In this document: positions 42,952 to 55,673 of the stretch, piece after piece
How the letters are laid out: every line of letters starts with the position of its first letter
Position numbering within the stretch: the stretch's first letter is position 1
Assembly: GCA_030528295.1 (NCBI GenBank)
Contig: JAUMZC010000001.1
Span: 29,444-93,443, forward strand
Direction of reading: 5' to 3'
Source: Corynebacterium sp.
GTDB lineage: Bacteria; Actinomycetota; Actinomycetes; Mycobacteriales; Mycobacteriaceae
DNA: 64,000 nucleotides
Made by a program: the position numbers and the translations under genes
The notes under the pieces: generated by a model
The model's database searches: none
The model's input: only the letters and a program-made list of their open reading frames with translations
What the model was told of the DNA's origin: nothing

Positions 42952-44136
42952 ATGGAGTCACAGGCGGTGTCGTTCCGCGTTCCAAAAGATGACTTAGCCA
43001 ATGCAGTTGCATGGGTGGCACGGAGCCTGCCGTCGAAACCAACGCAGCCGATCCTGCGTGCCATGCTCATCACTGCCGATGACGAAGGGTTAGAGTTTGC
43101 CGGCTTTGACTACGAAGTCTCCACAAAGGCACGAATTTCAGCCGAGATCTCTGAGCCGGGTCGTTTTGCAGTCACAGGCAAGCTCATCGCCGAGATTTCT
43201 GCTTCACTGCAAGCAAAGCCAGTTGAGGTTGTGGTTGATGAAAGCAAAGTGCTTCTGACCTGTGGATCATCACGGTTTGAGCTGCCACGCATCCCGCTCG
43301 ATGATTATCCGCAGCTGCCAAGCTTGCCGGAGAAGACTGGTGAAATTGATCCACGCTTGTTCTCGGAAGCTGTCAGCCAAGTAGCCATCGCTGCCGGCCG
43401 AGATGACACGCTCCCGATGCTCACAGGTGTGCACATGGAATTCCATGGGGAAAAGATGCTTCTGGCCGCCACAGACCGGTTCCGGATGGCGGTTCGGCAC
43501 TTGGAGTGGGCTCCGGTCTCACCGGAGGTTGAAGCGAAGCTCCTGATACCCGCTAAAACGCTCCTAGACAACGCTCGCTCGCTCGATTCTGGCGTCTTGG
43601 ACCGTTTGGACATCGCGGTGGGTACAGGCGAGCAGATCGGCCGTGAGGGGCTTTTTGGTGTGCATGCCGACGCCCGCCAAACCACTACCCGCATGCTCGA
43701 TGCGGACTTCCCGAATTTCCAGCCTTTGTTGCCTAAAGTTCATACCTCGTTGGCGTCTGTGGATATCGCTTCGCTGCAGACCGCGATTCGGCGTGTTTCG
43801 CTCATGACCGAGCGAAATGCACAAATCCGAATGGAGTTTTCCCACGGTCAGGTCATGCTTTCTGCCGGCGGCACCGAGGCAGGCCGCGCTGAAGAAACCT
43901 TGCCATGTGCATTTGCTGGTGAGCCACTGCTTATTGCGTTTAACCCCGGTTATCTCAAAGATGGTTTGAGCGTGATCCACACCGACCGCGTGGTGTTTGG
44001 CTTTACGCAGCCTTCCCGTCCGGCGATTTTGATTCCGGAGCCAGCGGAGCTTCCAGAGGCTGGCGAAAACGGTGAATTCCCAACCCCTGAAACAGATTTC
44101 ACCTACCTGCTGATGCCGGTGAGGTTGCCGGGCTAA
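42952..44136 (+). CDS. dnaN: DNA polymerase III beta clamp
   Basis: ATDRFR, FNPGYL and C-terminal LLMPVR motifs. Confidence 0.96.
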   Translation: MESQAVSFRVPKDDLANAVAWVARSLPSKPTQPILRAMLITADDEGLEFAGFDYEVSTKARISAEISEPGRFAVTGKLIAEISASLQAKPVEVVVDESKVLLTCGSSRFELPRIPLDDYPQLPSLPEKTGEIDPRLFSEAVSQVAIAAGRDDTLPMLTGVHMEFHGEKMLLAATDRFRMAVRHLEWAPVSPEVEAKLLIPAKTLLDNARSLDSGVLDRLDIAVGTGEQIGREGLFGVHADARQTTTRMLDADFPNFQPLLPKVHTSLASVDIASLQTAIRRVSLMTERNAQIRMEFSHGQVMLSAGGTEAGRAEETLPCAFAGEPLLIAFNPGYLKDGLSVIHTDRVVFGFTQPSRPAILIPEPAELPEAGENGEFPTPETDFTYLLMPVRLPG

Positions 44137-44147
44137 GCGGATCCAGC

Positions 44148-45329
44148 ATGTACCTCAGGTCTTTACAGCTCAGGGATTTTCGGTCCTGGTCGAACATGTC
44201 AGTGACGCTGGAGCCTGGGGTAACTGTGTTTTTGGGACGCAATGGGCACGGCAAAACCAATATTGTGGAGGCAGTTGGTTATATCGCACATTTGTCTTCA
44301 CATAGGGTGTCTCACGACGCCCCGTTGGTGCGCTCTGGCACCGAACACGCCCGGATTTCTGCCACCGCTGTGAATCAAGGAAGAGAATTAACTGCTCATT
44401 TATTGATTCACCCACATCGCGCAAATCAAGCCCAACTTAATCGCACAAAAGTTTCATCGCCGCGGCAGTTGCTTGGCGTGGTAAAAACTGTGTTGTTCGC
44501 GCCGGAAGATCTCGCATTAGTCCGTGGTGAACCTGCTGAACGACGACGGTATTTAAGTGAGGTGTTAGCGCAACGGCATCCTCGCTTGGCGGGCGTTAAG
44601 GCTGATTATGAAAAGGCATTGCGCCAGCGTAATGCCCTTTTAAAGCGTTCTGCGGCCGCGCTTCGCCAGGGCTATAATTCGCCCGATGGGGCCACCGCAT
44701 TAGCCACCCTTGATGTTTGGGATAGTCAACTTGCGGCACTGGGCGCCGAGCTCATTGTTGCCCGTTCGCAAATTATTTTGGAATTGGCGCCGTTGGTGAG
44801 TGCTGCCTATGCGGGATTGGCGCCGGAGTCACGCACGGCGTCGATACGCTATCGGTGTTCGGTCCCTAGCGAAGTGCTTGACGACGTCGCGGTGGTTGAG
44901 GCTGCCATGTTGGCTGAGCTGGGCTCCAAACGTTCGCGCGAAATTGAACGTGGGGTGAGTTTAGTGGGGCCGCATCGCGATGAGCTGGAGTTGTTGCTGG
45001 GGGAGGAGCCTGCGAAAGGGTTTGCGAGCCATGGGGAATGTTGGTCGTTTGCTTTAGCATTACGGTTGGCAGTTTTCACATTGTTGCGGCAGGATGCAGT
45101 AACCCCAATTTTGATCCTTGACGATGTGTTTGCAGAGCTTGATGTGCGACGTCGAAACGCATTGGTTTCAGTGTTGGCGGAAGCTGAGCAGGTGCTTATT
45201 ACCGCAGCCGTCGGTGATGACCTGCCAGAAACCCTCACCTCCGCAAACCTCACAATCCATACGGTCGCGGTCGCGGACACACCCGAAGGCCGGATATCCA
45301 CACTCGATCCAAAGGGGCAACATGACTGA
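44148..45329 (+). CDS. recF: DNA replication/repair protein RecF
   Basis: [16 protein letters not shown] and LDDVFAELD motifs. Confidence 0.96.
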   Translation: MYLRSLQLRDFRSWSNMSVTLEPGVTVFLGRNGHGKTNIVEAVGYIAHLSSHRVSHDAPLVRSGTEHARISATAVNQGRELTAHLLIHPHRANQAQLNRTKVSSPRQLLGVVKTVLFAPEDLALVRGEPAERRRYLSEVLAQRHPRLAGVKADYEKALRQRNALLKRSAAALRQGYNSPDGATALATLDVWDSQLAALGAELIVARSQIILELAPLVSAAYAGLAPESRTASIRYRCSVPSEVLDDVAVVEAAMLAELGSKRSREIERGVSLVGPHRDELELLLGEEPAKGFASHGECWSFALALRLAVFTLLRQDAVTPILILDDVFAELDVRRRNALVSVLAEAEQVLITAAVGDDLPETLTSANLTIHTVAVADTPEGRISTLDPKGQHD

Positions 45330-45861
45330 ACCAACCCACGATGCGATTGCCCGAGCGTTTGAATCAATCCGTATGGAAGCGAAAAAGCGCAACGGACGTG
45401 TTCCTGACCTTTCGAGACAAGGCAAAGTACCAAAATCAACCCCCAAAAGGGGCGGTAGGCCAATAGGTAAACCCACAGGTCCAGATGGTCGTAGCACTTG
45501 GCAAGGGAAACAAGCGGTGACGTTCGGCAGCGTTTTACAAACAGAAATCCAGCGCCGTGGGTGGCATCGTGAACTTGCTGGTGGTTGGGTACATAGCAAC
45601 TGGGATCAATTGGTTGGTGGAACCATCGCCCAACATACAAAAGTGGAGATGTTGAAGGAAAAAACCCTCCATATCAGTTGTGATTCCACAGCGTGGGCTA
45701 CCAATCTTCGGATGATGCAGCGGAATATACTACAAACCATAGCCCAACGAGTTGGCCCTGATGTTGTGGTTGAGCTTCGAATCTACGGTCCACAGGTTCC
45801 AAGTTGGCGGAAAGGTCGGCTGCACATTCAAGGTCGCGGTCCTCGAGACACATATGGCTAA
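45322..45861 (+). CDS. dciA: DciA/DUF721 family protein
   Basis: [29 protein letters not shown]; position between recF and gyrB. Confidence 0.88.
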   Translation: MTEPTHDAIARAFESIRMEAKKRNGRVPDLSRQGKVPKSTPKRGGRPIGKPTGPDGRSTWQGKQAVTFGSVLQTEIQRRGWHRELAGGWVHSNWDQLVGGTIAQHTKVEMLKEKTLHISCDSTAWATNLRMMQRNILQTIAQRVGPDVVVELRIYGPQVPSWRKGRLHIQGRGPRDTYG

Positions 45862-45947
45862 ACCTAAATAGGTCGCCTTCAAGTGTATTCATGCCTTAGG
45901 CGCGCCGAACCCCTACCTTACGTAGGGGGATAGTGGGTGTAAGATAA

Positions 45948-48044
<2,097 letters not shown>

Positions 48045-48057
48045 TCAAAATAAAAAG

Positions 48058-48115
48058 AACGCCTGAACCTTCAACCGGAAAACCGAGGAGAGAATGTTGA
48101 AGGTTCAGGCGTTTT
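48058..48115. terminator. Bidirectional terminator after gyrB
   Basis: 18-bp perfect inverted repeat AACGCCTGAACCTTCAAC / GTTGAAGGTTCAGGCGTT with A and T flanks. Confidence 0.8.
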
Positions 48116-48123
48116 GCGCCTAA

Positions 48124-48564
48124 TTACCCAGCGTGGCGCTGGATAATGGTTCCGATGTTACCAGCGTTTGCTTCCAACACCTGAGCACCCTTGCTGCGGA
48201 CAGTGCCGTAGATCTTGGAAAGAGTGGAGTTGCCTTCTTCTTTGGCGCGCTGATCGGTGATCTCCAAAATGCTGTTTGCCACGTCTGCTTTTTGGGAATC
48301 AAGGAAGCTACCAAAGTCTTGGTTGCCGGAGGCCAAGAATGCCAACCACTTGGGGTTCAGGGCATCCGCAACGTCAGGGAGAAGACGAGAAACAACCTTG
48401 GAAACGATCTCGGAGTCGTATTTGGTTGCAGCAGCCATAGCGCCCTTCACTGCAACCCCACCAACGCCGGACATATCGCTGACGCTCTTGGTTACGAGGT
48501 CAGAGATATCAGCAACAACGGCTCCCTGGGCGGCGCCAGTGAGAATTGATTTCAATTCGGTCAT
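48124..48564 (-). CDS. Conserved hypothetical protein (DUF6918-like)
   Basis: 146-aa helical ORF with AAGG SD; ILEITDQRA..LSKIYGTVR..IIQRH pattern. Confidence 0.7.
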   Translation of the reverse strand: MTELKSILTGAAQGAVVADISDLVTKSVSDMSGVGGVAVKGAMAAATKYDSEIVSKVVSRLLPDVADALNPKWLAFLASGNQDFGSFLDSQKADVANSILEITDQRAKEEGNSTLSKIYGTVRSKGAQVLEANAGNIGTIIQRHAG

Positions 48565-48900
48565 GTAATGATTTTCCTTTGAAAGTATGAACTTCGGGAC
48601 CGGAGACTAGATTAGGCGTTTCCGCATTGTATTGGGGTGCCCAGATTTATTTACGCAGTTCAGAGACTTAAGAATACACCCTGTTGGGTGACTGCTCGGG
48701 TTATTTTACCTGCCGGTAAGGAATGCGTAAGGCATGAAAAACGGCCCTCACCAGTGAAAGGTGTACCTAATAATGGCGAGGACCGTTCCTGTGTTGCGAC
48801 TCTTCCACCGCAGTTCATCCATCACATTAGTTAACTGCAATCACAACAGTCACAGAGTTTACCTGGTTCGCAAACTTGAGATCAAGATTTCGTGGGCGTG

Positions 48901-49164
48901 TCATGAATTCACCCTTGCAAAAACCTCACCGGCAACCACAGCAAATTCCTGGTTACGTTGGTTCAACGGCATCAATGCGGTAATTGCACGTTCTAAACTG
49001 GCACGGGCCGACACGATAGTTCTATGGACCGGTACCCCCTCGAATTGCCCTCCGGTGATGGAGGCAGCGGCACAAATTGCAGCGTAATCAACAATGGCAA
49101 CTCTGTGGTGGGCGCAGAACTCATCGGCCACGAGGAGTAGCTGCTCAGCGGATAAATGTCGCAT
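48901..49164 (-). CDS. Small degenerate Fic/Doc-fold protein
   Basis: 87 aa, MRHLSAEQLLLVAD..; PLNQRNQEFA aligns with the Doc/Fic HPFxxGNxR motif position; ATG overlaps the upstream stop (TAATG). Confidence 0.6.
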   Translation of the reverse strand: MRHLSAEQLLLVADEFCAHHRVAIVDYAAICAAASITGGQFEGVPVHRTIVSARASLERAITALMPLNQRNQEFAVVAGEVFARVNS

Positions 49165-49385
49165 TATCGCACCCGCGGAGGGGTCTGCTTGATTCTCCGC
49201 TCCATGGTTGCGTATTCGGCGACACAGCTGCGTGCAAGCTCGGCCACCTCGGCGTCGATAAGCATTTTCGCAGCCGTAGCGACGATCGCGCGCGCCGCCG
49301 CTTCCTGCTTGCTTGTGCCCTGTGCGGCGGCGAGGAGGGTGAGTGCGCGGTCTTGTTCCGCAGACAGCCGTAACGTCATTGCCAT
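49164..49385 (-). CDS. Ribbon-helix-helix (CopG-like) protein, putative antitoxin
   Basis: MAMTLRLS.EQDRAL..LA..QGTSKQEAAARAI RHH pattern; translationally coupled to the downstream gene. Confidence 0.75.
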   Translation of the reverse strand: MAMTLRLSAEQDRALTLLAAAQGTSKQEAAARAIVATAAKMLIDAEVAELARSCVAEYATMERRIKQTPPRVR

Positions 49386-49520
49386 GTGCCAAATGATACC
49401 AATCTGGTACCAGAAAATGAAGAATAGACTGAAATACCGCGCATATATCGATGCTTATCGCATCCTGCAAGTAAGCTAGTAAATGTTGACCGTAAGAAAG
49501 CTCCAAACAAAAGGTGAATA

Positions 49521-52064
49521 GTGAGCGACGATAATTTTGAGGGCGAGGATCTCTTCGACCGGATACATCCCATTGATATCGGCGAGGAAATGCAATCCTC
49601 ATACATCGATTACGCCATGTCCGTTATTGTCGGGCGTGCGCTTCCAGAGGTCCGCGACGGTTTAAAGCCGGTGCATCGCCGAATTCTGTATGCAATGTAT
49701 GACAACGGCTATCGGCCGGACCGCTCCTATGTGAAATCCGCAAAGCCAGTCGCAGACACCATGGGTAACTATCACCCGCATGGTGACTCGGCTATCTATG
49801 ACACATTGGTCCGCATGGCACAGCCATGGTCGATGCGGTATCCGCTGGTAGACGGCCAAGGTAACTTCGGTTCCCGCGGTAATGACGGCCCTGCGGCTAT
49901 GCGTTATACGGAGTCTCGTTTGACTCCGCTGGCCATGGAAATGGTTCGGGATATCCGTGAAAACACGGTGGACTTTGTGCCTAACTATGACGGCAAAACC
50001 ACCGAGCCAACTGTGTTGCCATCCCGTGTGCCAAACCTGCTGATGAATGGTTCCGGCGGTATCGCCGTCGGTATGGCTACAAATATTCCCCCGCATAACC
50101 TGCGGGAACTTGCTGATGCCATCTACTGGATGTTAAAGAATCCAGACGCCGATGATGCTACTTCGTTGGAAGCCTGCATGAAGTACATCAAGGGCCCAGA
50201 TTTCCCAACGGCGGGTTTGATTGTTGGTGACCAGGGTATCCGCGATGCGTACACCACTGGCCGTGGTTCTATCCGTATGCGTGGCGTGACCAGTATCGAA
50301 GAAGATGGTCACCGTCAGACAATTGTGATTACGGAACTTCCGTACCAAGTAAATCCCGATAACCTGATCTCAAACATCGCTGAGCAGGTCAAACAGGGCA
50401 AGCTTGTTGGTATTTCCAAGATTGAAGATGAATCTTCGGATCGTGTGGGCATGCGCATTGTGGTCACGCTGCGCCGCGACGCTGTACCTCGCGTGGTTTT
50501 GAATAACCTGTATAAGCATTCCCAGCTCCAAACCAGTTTTGGTGCGAATATGCTCTCCATCGTTGATGGTGTGCCACGTACGCTGCGCATCGACCAAATG
50601 GTCCGCTACTACGTCGAGCACCAAATCGACGTGATCGTACGCCGCACACAATATCGCCTCGATGAAGCTGAAAAACGCGCCCATATCCTGCGTGGCCTGG
50701 TGAAAGCCCTGGATATGCTGGATGAGGTCATTGCCCTTATCCGTGGTTCCGCAACGGTAGATATTGCTCGCAACGGTTTGATCGATCTCCTGGATATTGA
50801 TGAGATTCAGGCCGATGCGATCCTAGCCATGCAGCTGCGCCGCCTGGCTGCGCTGGAACGCCAGAAAATCATTGATGAACTGGCGGAAATCGAACTGGAA
50901 ATTGCTGACCTCAAAGACATTCTGGCCAGCCCAGAACGTCAACGCAGTATTGTCCACGATGAGCTCAAAGAAATTGTGGATAAGTATGGCGACGATCGCC
51001 GCACCCAAATTGTGGCCGCAACTGGTGACGTCAAAGAAGAAGACCTTATCGCACGTGAAAACGTGGTGGTCACCATCACCTCCACGGGTTACGCTAAGCG
51101 CACCAAGGTGGATTCTTACCGCAACCAGCGTCGTGGCGGCAAGGGCGTGATTGGCGCCGAGCTGAAGCAGGACGACGTCGTGCGTCACTTCTTTGTGTGC
51201 TCCACCCACGATTGGATTTTGTTCTTTACGAACTTTGGCCGTGTGTACCGTTTGAAGGCGTTTGAATTGCCGGAGGCTACCCGTACTGCGCGTGGCCAGC
51301 ACGTGGCTAACCTCTTGGAATTCCAGCCAGGGGAGCAGATTGCGCAGGTTATTCAGATCCACAGCTATGAAGATGCCCCATACTTGGTGCTTTCCACAGT
51401 GCATGGACGTGTGAAGAAAACCCGCCTTGCGGAATATGATTCCATCCGCTCTGGTGGCTTGATCGCAATTAACCTCAATGACGATGACCGTCTGATCGGC
51501 GCTGCGCTCTGCTCGGCCGATGACGATCTCCTGTTGGTTTCTGAAGAAGGCCAAGCCCTGCGCTTTAAAGCTGATGATGAAACGCTGCGTCCGATGGGTC
51601 GTGCTACCCAGGGCGTCAAGGGCATGCGTTTCCGTGGCGAGGATCAGCTCTTGGCAATGTGCGTGGTCCGTGACGGAAACTACTTGATGGTTGCCACCAC
51701 GGGCGGCTACGGCAAGCGCACCGCAATGGATGAGTACAGCGTCAAGGGCCGCGCAGGTCTGGGCGTTGTTACGTTTAACTACACCCCGAAGCGCGGCAAG
51801 CTGATTGGCGCGCTCGCTGTGGATGACGATGACCAGATTTTTGCGATCACCACCGCTGGCGGCGTGATTCGTACCTCTGTAAATCAGATCCGTCCATCGA
51901 ACCGTAAGACCATGGGTGTTCGTCTTGTTGACCTGCCGAAAGGCGAGGAGCTGTTTGCAATTGACCGCAATGTTGAGCGCGAAGAGGAAGACGAAATTGT
52001 GGAAACCACACCAGTTACTGACCCTACAACTCAGGAAATGCTTGACGACGGCGGGGAGGGTTAA
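49521..52064 (+). CDS. gyrA: DNA gyrase subunit A
   Basis: [22 protein letters not shown] and GyrA-box QRRGGKG motifs. Confidence 0.97.
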   Translation: MSDDNFEGEDLFDRIHPIDIGEEMQSSYIDYAMSVIVGRALPEVRDGLKPVHRRILYAMYDNGYRPDRSYVKSAKPVADTMGNYHPHGDSAIYDTLVRMAQPWSMRYPLVDGQGNFGSRGNDGPAAMRYTESRLTPLAMEMVRDIRENTVDFVPNYDGKTTEPTVLPSRVPNLLMNGSGGIAVGMATNIPPHNLRELADAIYWMLKNPDADDATSLEACMKYIKGPDFPTAGLIVGDQGIRDAYTTGRGSIRMRGVTSIEEDGHRQTIVITELPYQVNPDNLISNIAEQVKQGKLVGISKIEDESSDRVGMRIVVTLRRDAVPRVVLNNLYKHSQLQTSFGANMLSIVDGVPRTLRIDQMVRYYVEHQIDVIVRRTQYRLDEAEKRAHILRGLVKALDMLDEVIALIRGSATVDIARNGLIDLLDIDEIQADAILAMQLRRLAALERQKIIDELAEIELEIADLKDILASPERQRSIVHDELKEIVDKYGDDRRTQIVAATGDVKEEDLIARENVVVTITSTGYAKRTKVDSYRNQRRGGKGVIGAELKQDDVVRHFFVCSTHDWILFFTNFGRVYRLKAFELPEATRTARGQHVANLLEFQPGEQIAQVIQIHSYEDAPYLVLSTVHGRVKKTRLAEYDSIRSGGLIAINLNDDDRLIGAALCSADDDLLLVSEEGQALRFKADDETLRPMGRATQGVKGMRFRGEDQLLAMCVVRDGNYLMVATTGGYGKRTAMDEYSVKGRAGLGVVTFNYTPKRGKLIGALAVDDDDQIFAITTAGGVIRTSVNQIRPSNRKTMGVRLVDLPKGEELFAIDRNVEREEEDEIVETTPVTDPTTQEMLDDGGEG

Positions 52065-52408
52065 TGTCTAGCCGCAAAGTAACTGTTTCTAAGGTGTCAC
52101 CGCTTTCTGTCTTTAGGACTACGTTGGCGTTGTCCCTAGCAGGACTTGTTGCTTGGATTCTTTGTGTTTGCATCGTGTACTTTGGCATGAGCGTGTTTGG
52201 CGTCTGGGCCAAGGTAAATGCAGTCATTGGAGGTGCTGGTGGTTCCGAGATTATTACCTTCCCGGTTGTGCTCAGTACAACAGCACTGTTTGGCGCAATG
52301 ATTGCGCTTTCGAGTTCGGTGATCGCACCGCTGTCCGCTGTGTTGTACAACTCGTTTGTGCACCTTTTTGGTGGAGTTGTAGTTACTCTCCAAGAAGAAA
52401 GCGAATAA
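52064..52408 (+). CDS. DUF3566 family membrane protein (Rv0007-like)
   Basis: Two TM segments, LYN..GGV.VTL motif, position directly after gyrA. Confidence 0.8.
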   Translation: MSSRKVTVSKVSPLSVFRTTLALSLAGLVAWILCVCIVYFGMSVFGVWAKVNAVIGGAGGSEIITFPVVLSTTALFGAMIALSSSVIAPLSAVLYNSFVHLFGGVVVTLQEESE

Positions 52409-52505
52409 TACGCTAAAACCCTTGGTATACAACCTCTTAAAAAGGGGTTTTACCAGGGGATTTGCCTAAGTGTTGGATGCTGGGTAAAGTTCTATCTCGT
52501 TCCCC

Positions 52506-52579
52506 GGGCCTATAGCTCAGTTGGTTAGAGCGCATCACTGATAATGATGAGGTCGCAAGTTCAATTCTTGCTAGGCCCA
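52506..52579 (+). tRNA. tRNA-Ile(GAT)
   Basis: GGGCCTA acceptor stem, anticodon loop CTGATAA, TTCAA T-loop; CCA not encoded. Confidence 0.95.
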
Positions 52580-52589
52580 CAGGAACAAA

Positions 52590-52662
52590 GGGGCATTAGC
52601 TCAATTGGTAGAGCACCTGCTTTGCAAGCAGGAGGTCAGGAGTTCGATTCTCCTATGCTCCA
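52590..52662 (+). tRNA. tRNA-Ala(TGC)
   Basis: GGGGCAT acceptor stem, anticodon loop TTTGCAA, TTCGA T-loop. Confidence 0.95.
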
Positions 52663-52674
52663 CGGACTGTGGAC

Positions 52675-52709
52675 AAACCGCTAGCGTAACAGCTAGCGGT
52701 TTTCTTTTT
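52675..52709. terminator. Intrinsic terminator after the tRNAs
   Basis: AAACCGCTAGC-gtaaca-GCTAGCGGTTT followed by TCTTTTT. Confidence 0.8.
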
Positions 52710-52710
52710 G

Positions 52711-53268
52711 CTACGCGTCCTTTTCGTTCTTAGTGGCTTCATCCACAGGTGTTTCCGTGGAATACACCAGCACAGAATCCTCGGTATCAAGGGTTACGTC
52801 ATCCTCGTCTTCGAAGTCATCAACCCTTGGCGGTGTGATTTCAGGTTCCTCGACTGGTGCAAAGAACCAATATGCAACACCGGCAGCAATGCCAGCTAAC
52901 AGCGTGAATAGAAGACCGAACTTGGCCACTTTTTTGAATCCGCAGCACTTCTTTTTAGGCTCTGGCTCAACTTTTTGCAGTTTGCTTTGGGCCTTTGTAA
53001 GCACCTTGTTTGCTGTGGTGCTTGCATCTTCCAAGGCATCAGAAAATGCAGAATCGAGGCGTGCACGTGCAGCGCGAGTTACCGCGCCAGCATCTTCCAT
53101 GAATTCTTCGGCTCGCTCTGAGGCGGTGGAGCGGAAGTCACTGGTAGCGGCCGCGGCGTCGGCAAGCGCATCGTACGCCTCAACGGCCTTGCGCTGACGG
53201 TAGTCGTTGAGCGCATGCAATCCAGCGCGTGTGACCTTATAAGCGGTCCGGAGCACTGTTGTGTTCAT
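52711..53268 (-). CDS. Hypothetical single-pass membrane protein at the cwsA position
   Basis: Ala-rich helical N-terminus, one TM, acidic tail; lies between the tRNAs and ppiA. Confidence 0.7.
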   Translation of the reverse strand: MNTTVLRTAYKVTRAGLHALNDYRQRKAVEAYDALADAAAATSDFRSTASERAEEFMEDAGAVTRAARARLDSAFSDALEDASTTANKVLTKAQSKLQKVEPEPKKKCCGFKKVAKFGLLFTLLAGIAAGVAYWFFAPVEEPEITPPRVDDFEDEDDVTLDTEDSVLVYSTETPVDEATKNEKDA

Positions 53269-53352
53269 CTGAGTTCCTTAATTCAAGTAAGAAATGAATT
53301 GGTTCACACTCAAGCGTAGCGATGAATTGAAGACTTCACTACGATGGTCGGC

Positions 53353-53877
53353 ATGAGTCTTAAAACAGCCACTGCAATTCTGCACACCAACCGTGGAGAT
53401 ATTGCTATCGAGCTTTTTGGAAACCATGCCCCTGAAACCGTGGCAAACTTCGTTGGTCTTGCGCAAGGTACCAAAGAATACCGAGCTGAAAATGCTGCCG
53501 GCGATGCCAGCGGTCCGTTCTATGACGGTGCAATCTTCCACCGCGTAATCGATGGTTTCATGATCCAAGGTGGCGACCCCACAGGCACCGGCCGCGGCGG
53601 CCCAGGCTACATGTTCGGCGATGAATTCCACCCGGAACTGCAATTCAACCGCCCATACCTCCTAGCCATGGCAAACGCTGGCCCAGGCACCAACGGATCA
53701 CAGTTCTTTATCACTGTGGTGCCAACACCTCACCTGAATATGCGTCACACCATCTTTGGTGAAGTCACGGATGCGGAATCTCAAAAAGTAGTCGATGCAA
53801 TTGCTCAAACTGCTACTGACCAAATGGACCGTCCACTGGATCCAGTAGTGATCGAAAGCATTGAGATCAGCGAATAA
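53353..53877 (+). CDS. ppiA: Peptidyl-prolyl cis-trans isomerase (cyclophilin)
   Basis: FHRVIDGFMIQGGDP and AMANAGPGTNGSQFFIT motifs. Confidence 0.95.
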   Translation: MSLKTATAILHTNRGDIAIELFGNHAPETVANFVGLAQGTKEYRAENAAGDASGPFYDGAIFHRVIDGFMIQGGDPTGTGRGGPGYMFGDEFHPELQFNRPYLLAMANAGPGTNGSQFFITVVPTPHLNMRHTIFGEVTDAESQKVVDAIAQTATDQMDRPLDPVVIESIEISE

Positions 53878-53889
53878 CATCCAGTATTG

Positions 53890-53932
53890 AAAGCCTCACT
53901 ACCGCCAGTTGGAGTGGTAGTGAGGTTTTCTT
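53890..53932 (+). terminator. Intrinsic terminator after ppiA
   Basis: CCTCACTACC...GGTAGTGAGG stem followed by TTTTCTT. Confidence 0.7.
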
Positions 53933-53954
53933 TGTCTTTGAAAGGTTCATTACC

Positions 53955-54653
53955 GTGTCACTGTGGATCCGTAATGCACAGCGCCAAGCCCCCATGACGT
54001 TATTGCTCTGTGCAAGTATGTTGGCCGTCTTTATTATTACGGCATTGCAGTCAGGCTCAATAATGTACAACGTTGACGGAAGTGAGCTGGCTGAAGCGTG
54101 GATATTGTATGGACCTGCGATAGTTGAAAGCCGGTGGGGATTCTTACGCATCCTTGGGACAGCGTTTCTCCACATTGGCCCCGTGCACTTAGCAATGAAC
54201 CTCATTATGCTGTTTCTTTTTGGCCGAGAGCTAGAGCAGGTACTAGGGCGGGGCACATTCCTTGCAGCGTTTTTCACAGGTGCTGTTGGTGCCTCCAGTG
54301 CAATTATTTTCTTTACACCGCTGGCGCCTACGGCGGGGGTCTCAGGAGTGGTGTTTGCGTTTATGGCGTTGTACGCGGGGGTCGCATTAGAACAAAAGCG
54401 GGAGCTGCGGGGACTACTGACGCTGATTGCTGTGAATATTGGGTTTACGGTCCTTTGGTCGGAATGGATCTCTGTATGGGGTCATTTTGGCGGTTTGGCA
54501 ATCGGAATCGTACTAGCGATCGTAAATCTGATTGTGCGCCAAAAGGGGGTGCGCATTGTTGCTTACTTTGTAGTGTGCGCGATGTGTTTACTTGTGGATT
54601 ACTCGGTGTTAACAGGGTTATCCACAGGCAGCCTTGTGTTCACAACTTTGTGA
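53955..54653 (+). CDS. Rhomboid family intramembrane serine protease
   Basis: FLHIGPVHLAMN, GVSG (catalytic Ser) and GHFGG (catalytic His) motifs. Confidence 0.9.
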   Translation: MSLWIRNAQRQAPMTLLLCASMLAVFIITALQSGSIMYNVDGSELAEAWILYGPAIVESRWGFLRILGTAFLHIGPVHLAMNLIMLFLFGRELEQVLGRGTFLAAFFTGAVGASSAIIFFTPLAPTAGVSGVVFAFMALYAGVALEQKRELRGLLTLIAVNIGFTVLWSEWISVWGHFGGLAIGIVLAIVNLIVRQKGVRIVAYFVVCAMCLLVDYSVLTGLSTGSLVFTTL

Positions 54654-55132
54654 ATGACTCTGTGTGTGAAAAACGTCCCCGAGAGTTATCCACTGGGGTC
54701 CGTGGATAACTTGAGGGGTGTGAAAAACTCCGATTTTTCCACACAGGTTATTCACAATGTGAAGAACGCCATGGTAGTAATTTTTCATCTTCACAGGCAC
54801 ATGCTTTCGATAAAAATCGCTTGAACAGGTATTTCCACAGGGTTTTTCGCATGAAAATACTGCTGGGGATAAAGTCGATGAAAAGTTATCCACAGGGTGT
54901 GGATAGTGTGGATAACTTGTTAGGAAGTGCACAATTCACAGAGTTGTTCACAGCCTGTGGATAACTTTTCCCACAACTGTGTGAGTAAAGTTATCCACAA
55001 ATGACCTGTGTGTAAGTCTGCAAACCTGTGGATAACTCGGTTTTCCACAGGGGGTGTTGAAGGGGCATGTTAACAAAAATGTAATTCAGGCACCTAGCCT
55101 GTGGATAACTCGGGAAACCAAAAATTTCCACA
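54618..55132. repeat. Dense DnaA-box array distal to oriC
   Basis: Perfect TTATCCACA (either strand) at 54618, 54886, 54907, 54956, 54991, 55027 and 55100; other TTWTNCACA matches at 54665, 54719, 54735, 54748 and 55041; near matches at 54686, 54701, 54758, 54831, 54864, 54898, 54944, 54967 and 55124. Confidence 0.9.
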
Positions 55133-55226
55133 CTGAGATAGGGGAGCGCAATACATAAACATATGTTCGATTGGGGGTGGTCGGCGTCGTTACGTTGTTG
55201 TAGGCCAGGCGCTCTCAAGCCAAAAA

Positions 55227-55256
55227 ACGGTAGCCCCGCCGAAGCGAGGCTACCGT
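55227..55256 (-). terminator. Intrinsic terminator after crgA
   Basis: ACGGTAGCC..GGCTACCGT stem with an A-run on the plus side (U-tract on the minus strand). Confidence 0.7.
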
Positions 55257-55293
55257 GATGCTTGGAAAGCTAAGTGTTAGGGTGCGTGTGAGA

Positions 55294-55563
55294 TTATCGC
55301 CAGCCCATGGTCATCAACAGACCCACAATGAAGGAAGCAAAGCCAATAGCGTAGTTCCATGGGCCGAGTTCCACCATGAATGGAATCTGCGGACCAGCAA
55401 GGTAGTTCACCACAAGCCACATCAGTCCAACGAGCATGAATGCGAACATGATGAACTTGTACCAGAGTGGAGTTCCGCTGCTGTTGATTTTTACAGGAGT
55501 GCGGTTGGCGGATGCACCCGAAGAGATCGGGGTAGAGCTTGCGGAGACCTTTGATTTAGGCAA
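55294..55563 (-). CDS. crgA: Cell division protein CrgA
   Basis: [25 protein letters not shown]. Confidence 0.93.
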   Translation of the reverse strand: MPKSKVSASSTPISSGASANRTPVKINSSGTPLWYKFIMFAFMLVGLMWLVVNYLAGPQIPFMVELGPWNYAIGFASFIVGLLMTMGWR

Positions 55564-55673
55564 CTTGAGTGCACCTTCCAGAAAGTATTACTTGCAATAT
55601 AACGGTAGTTGTTGTGTGGAACCCTACCATTGTGTACTCCCATCAACTTATCAGGGAGTACACAAAGTGGAAA

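Noticed and set aside
44849-45640. 263-aa minus-strand ORF (similarly 50823-51554, 7692-8294 and 6642-7199)
   Set aside because: Antisense to conserved recF/dciA, gyrA and leuS; typical shadow ORFs
48901-49602. 233-aa ORF as listed in the ORF track
   Set aside because: The upstream part overlaps the RHH gene and the gyrA start; only the 87 codons from ATG 49164 look real
54618-55132. Distal DnaA-box array as the true oriC, and short ORFs across it (54618-54932, 54991-55218)
   Set aside because: The canonical origin with a DUE is present between dnaA and dnaN; the ORFs are by-products of the box repeats
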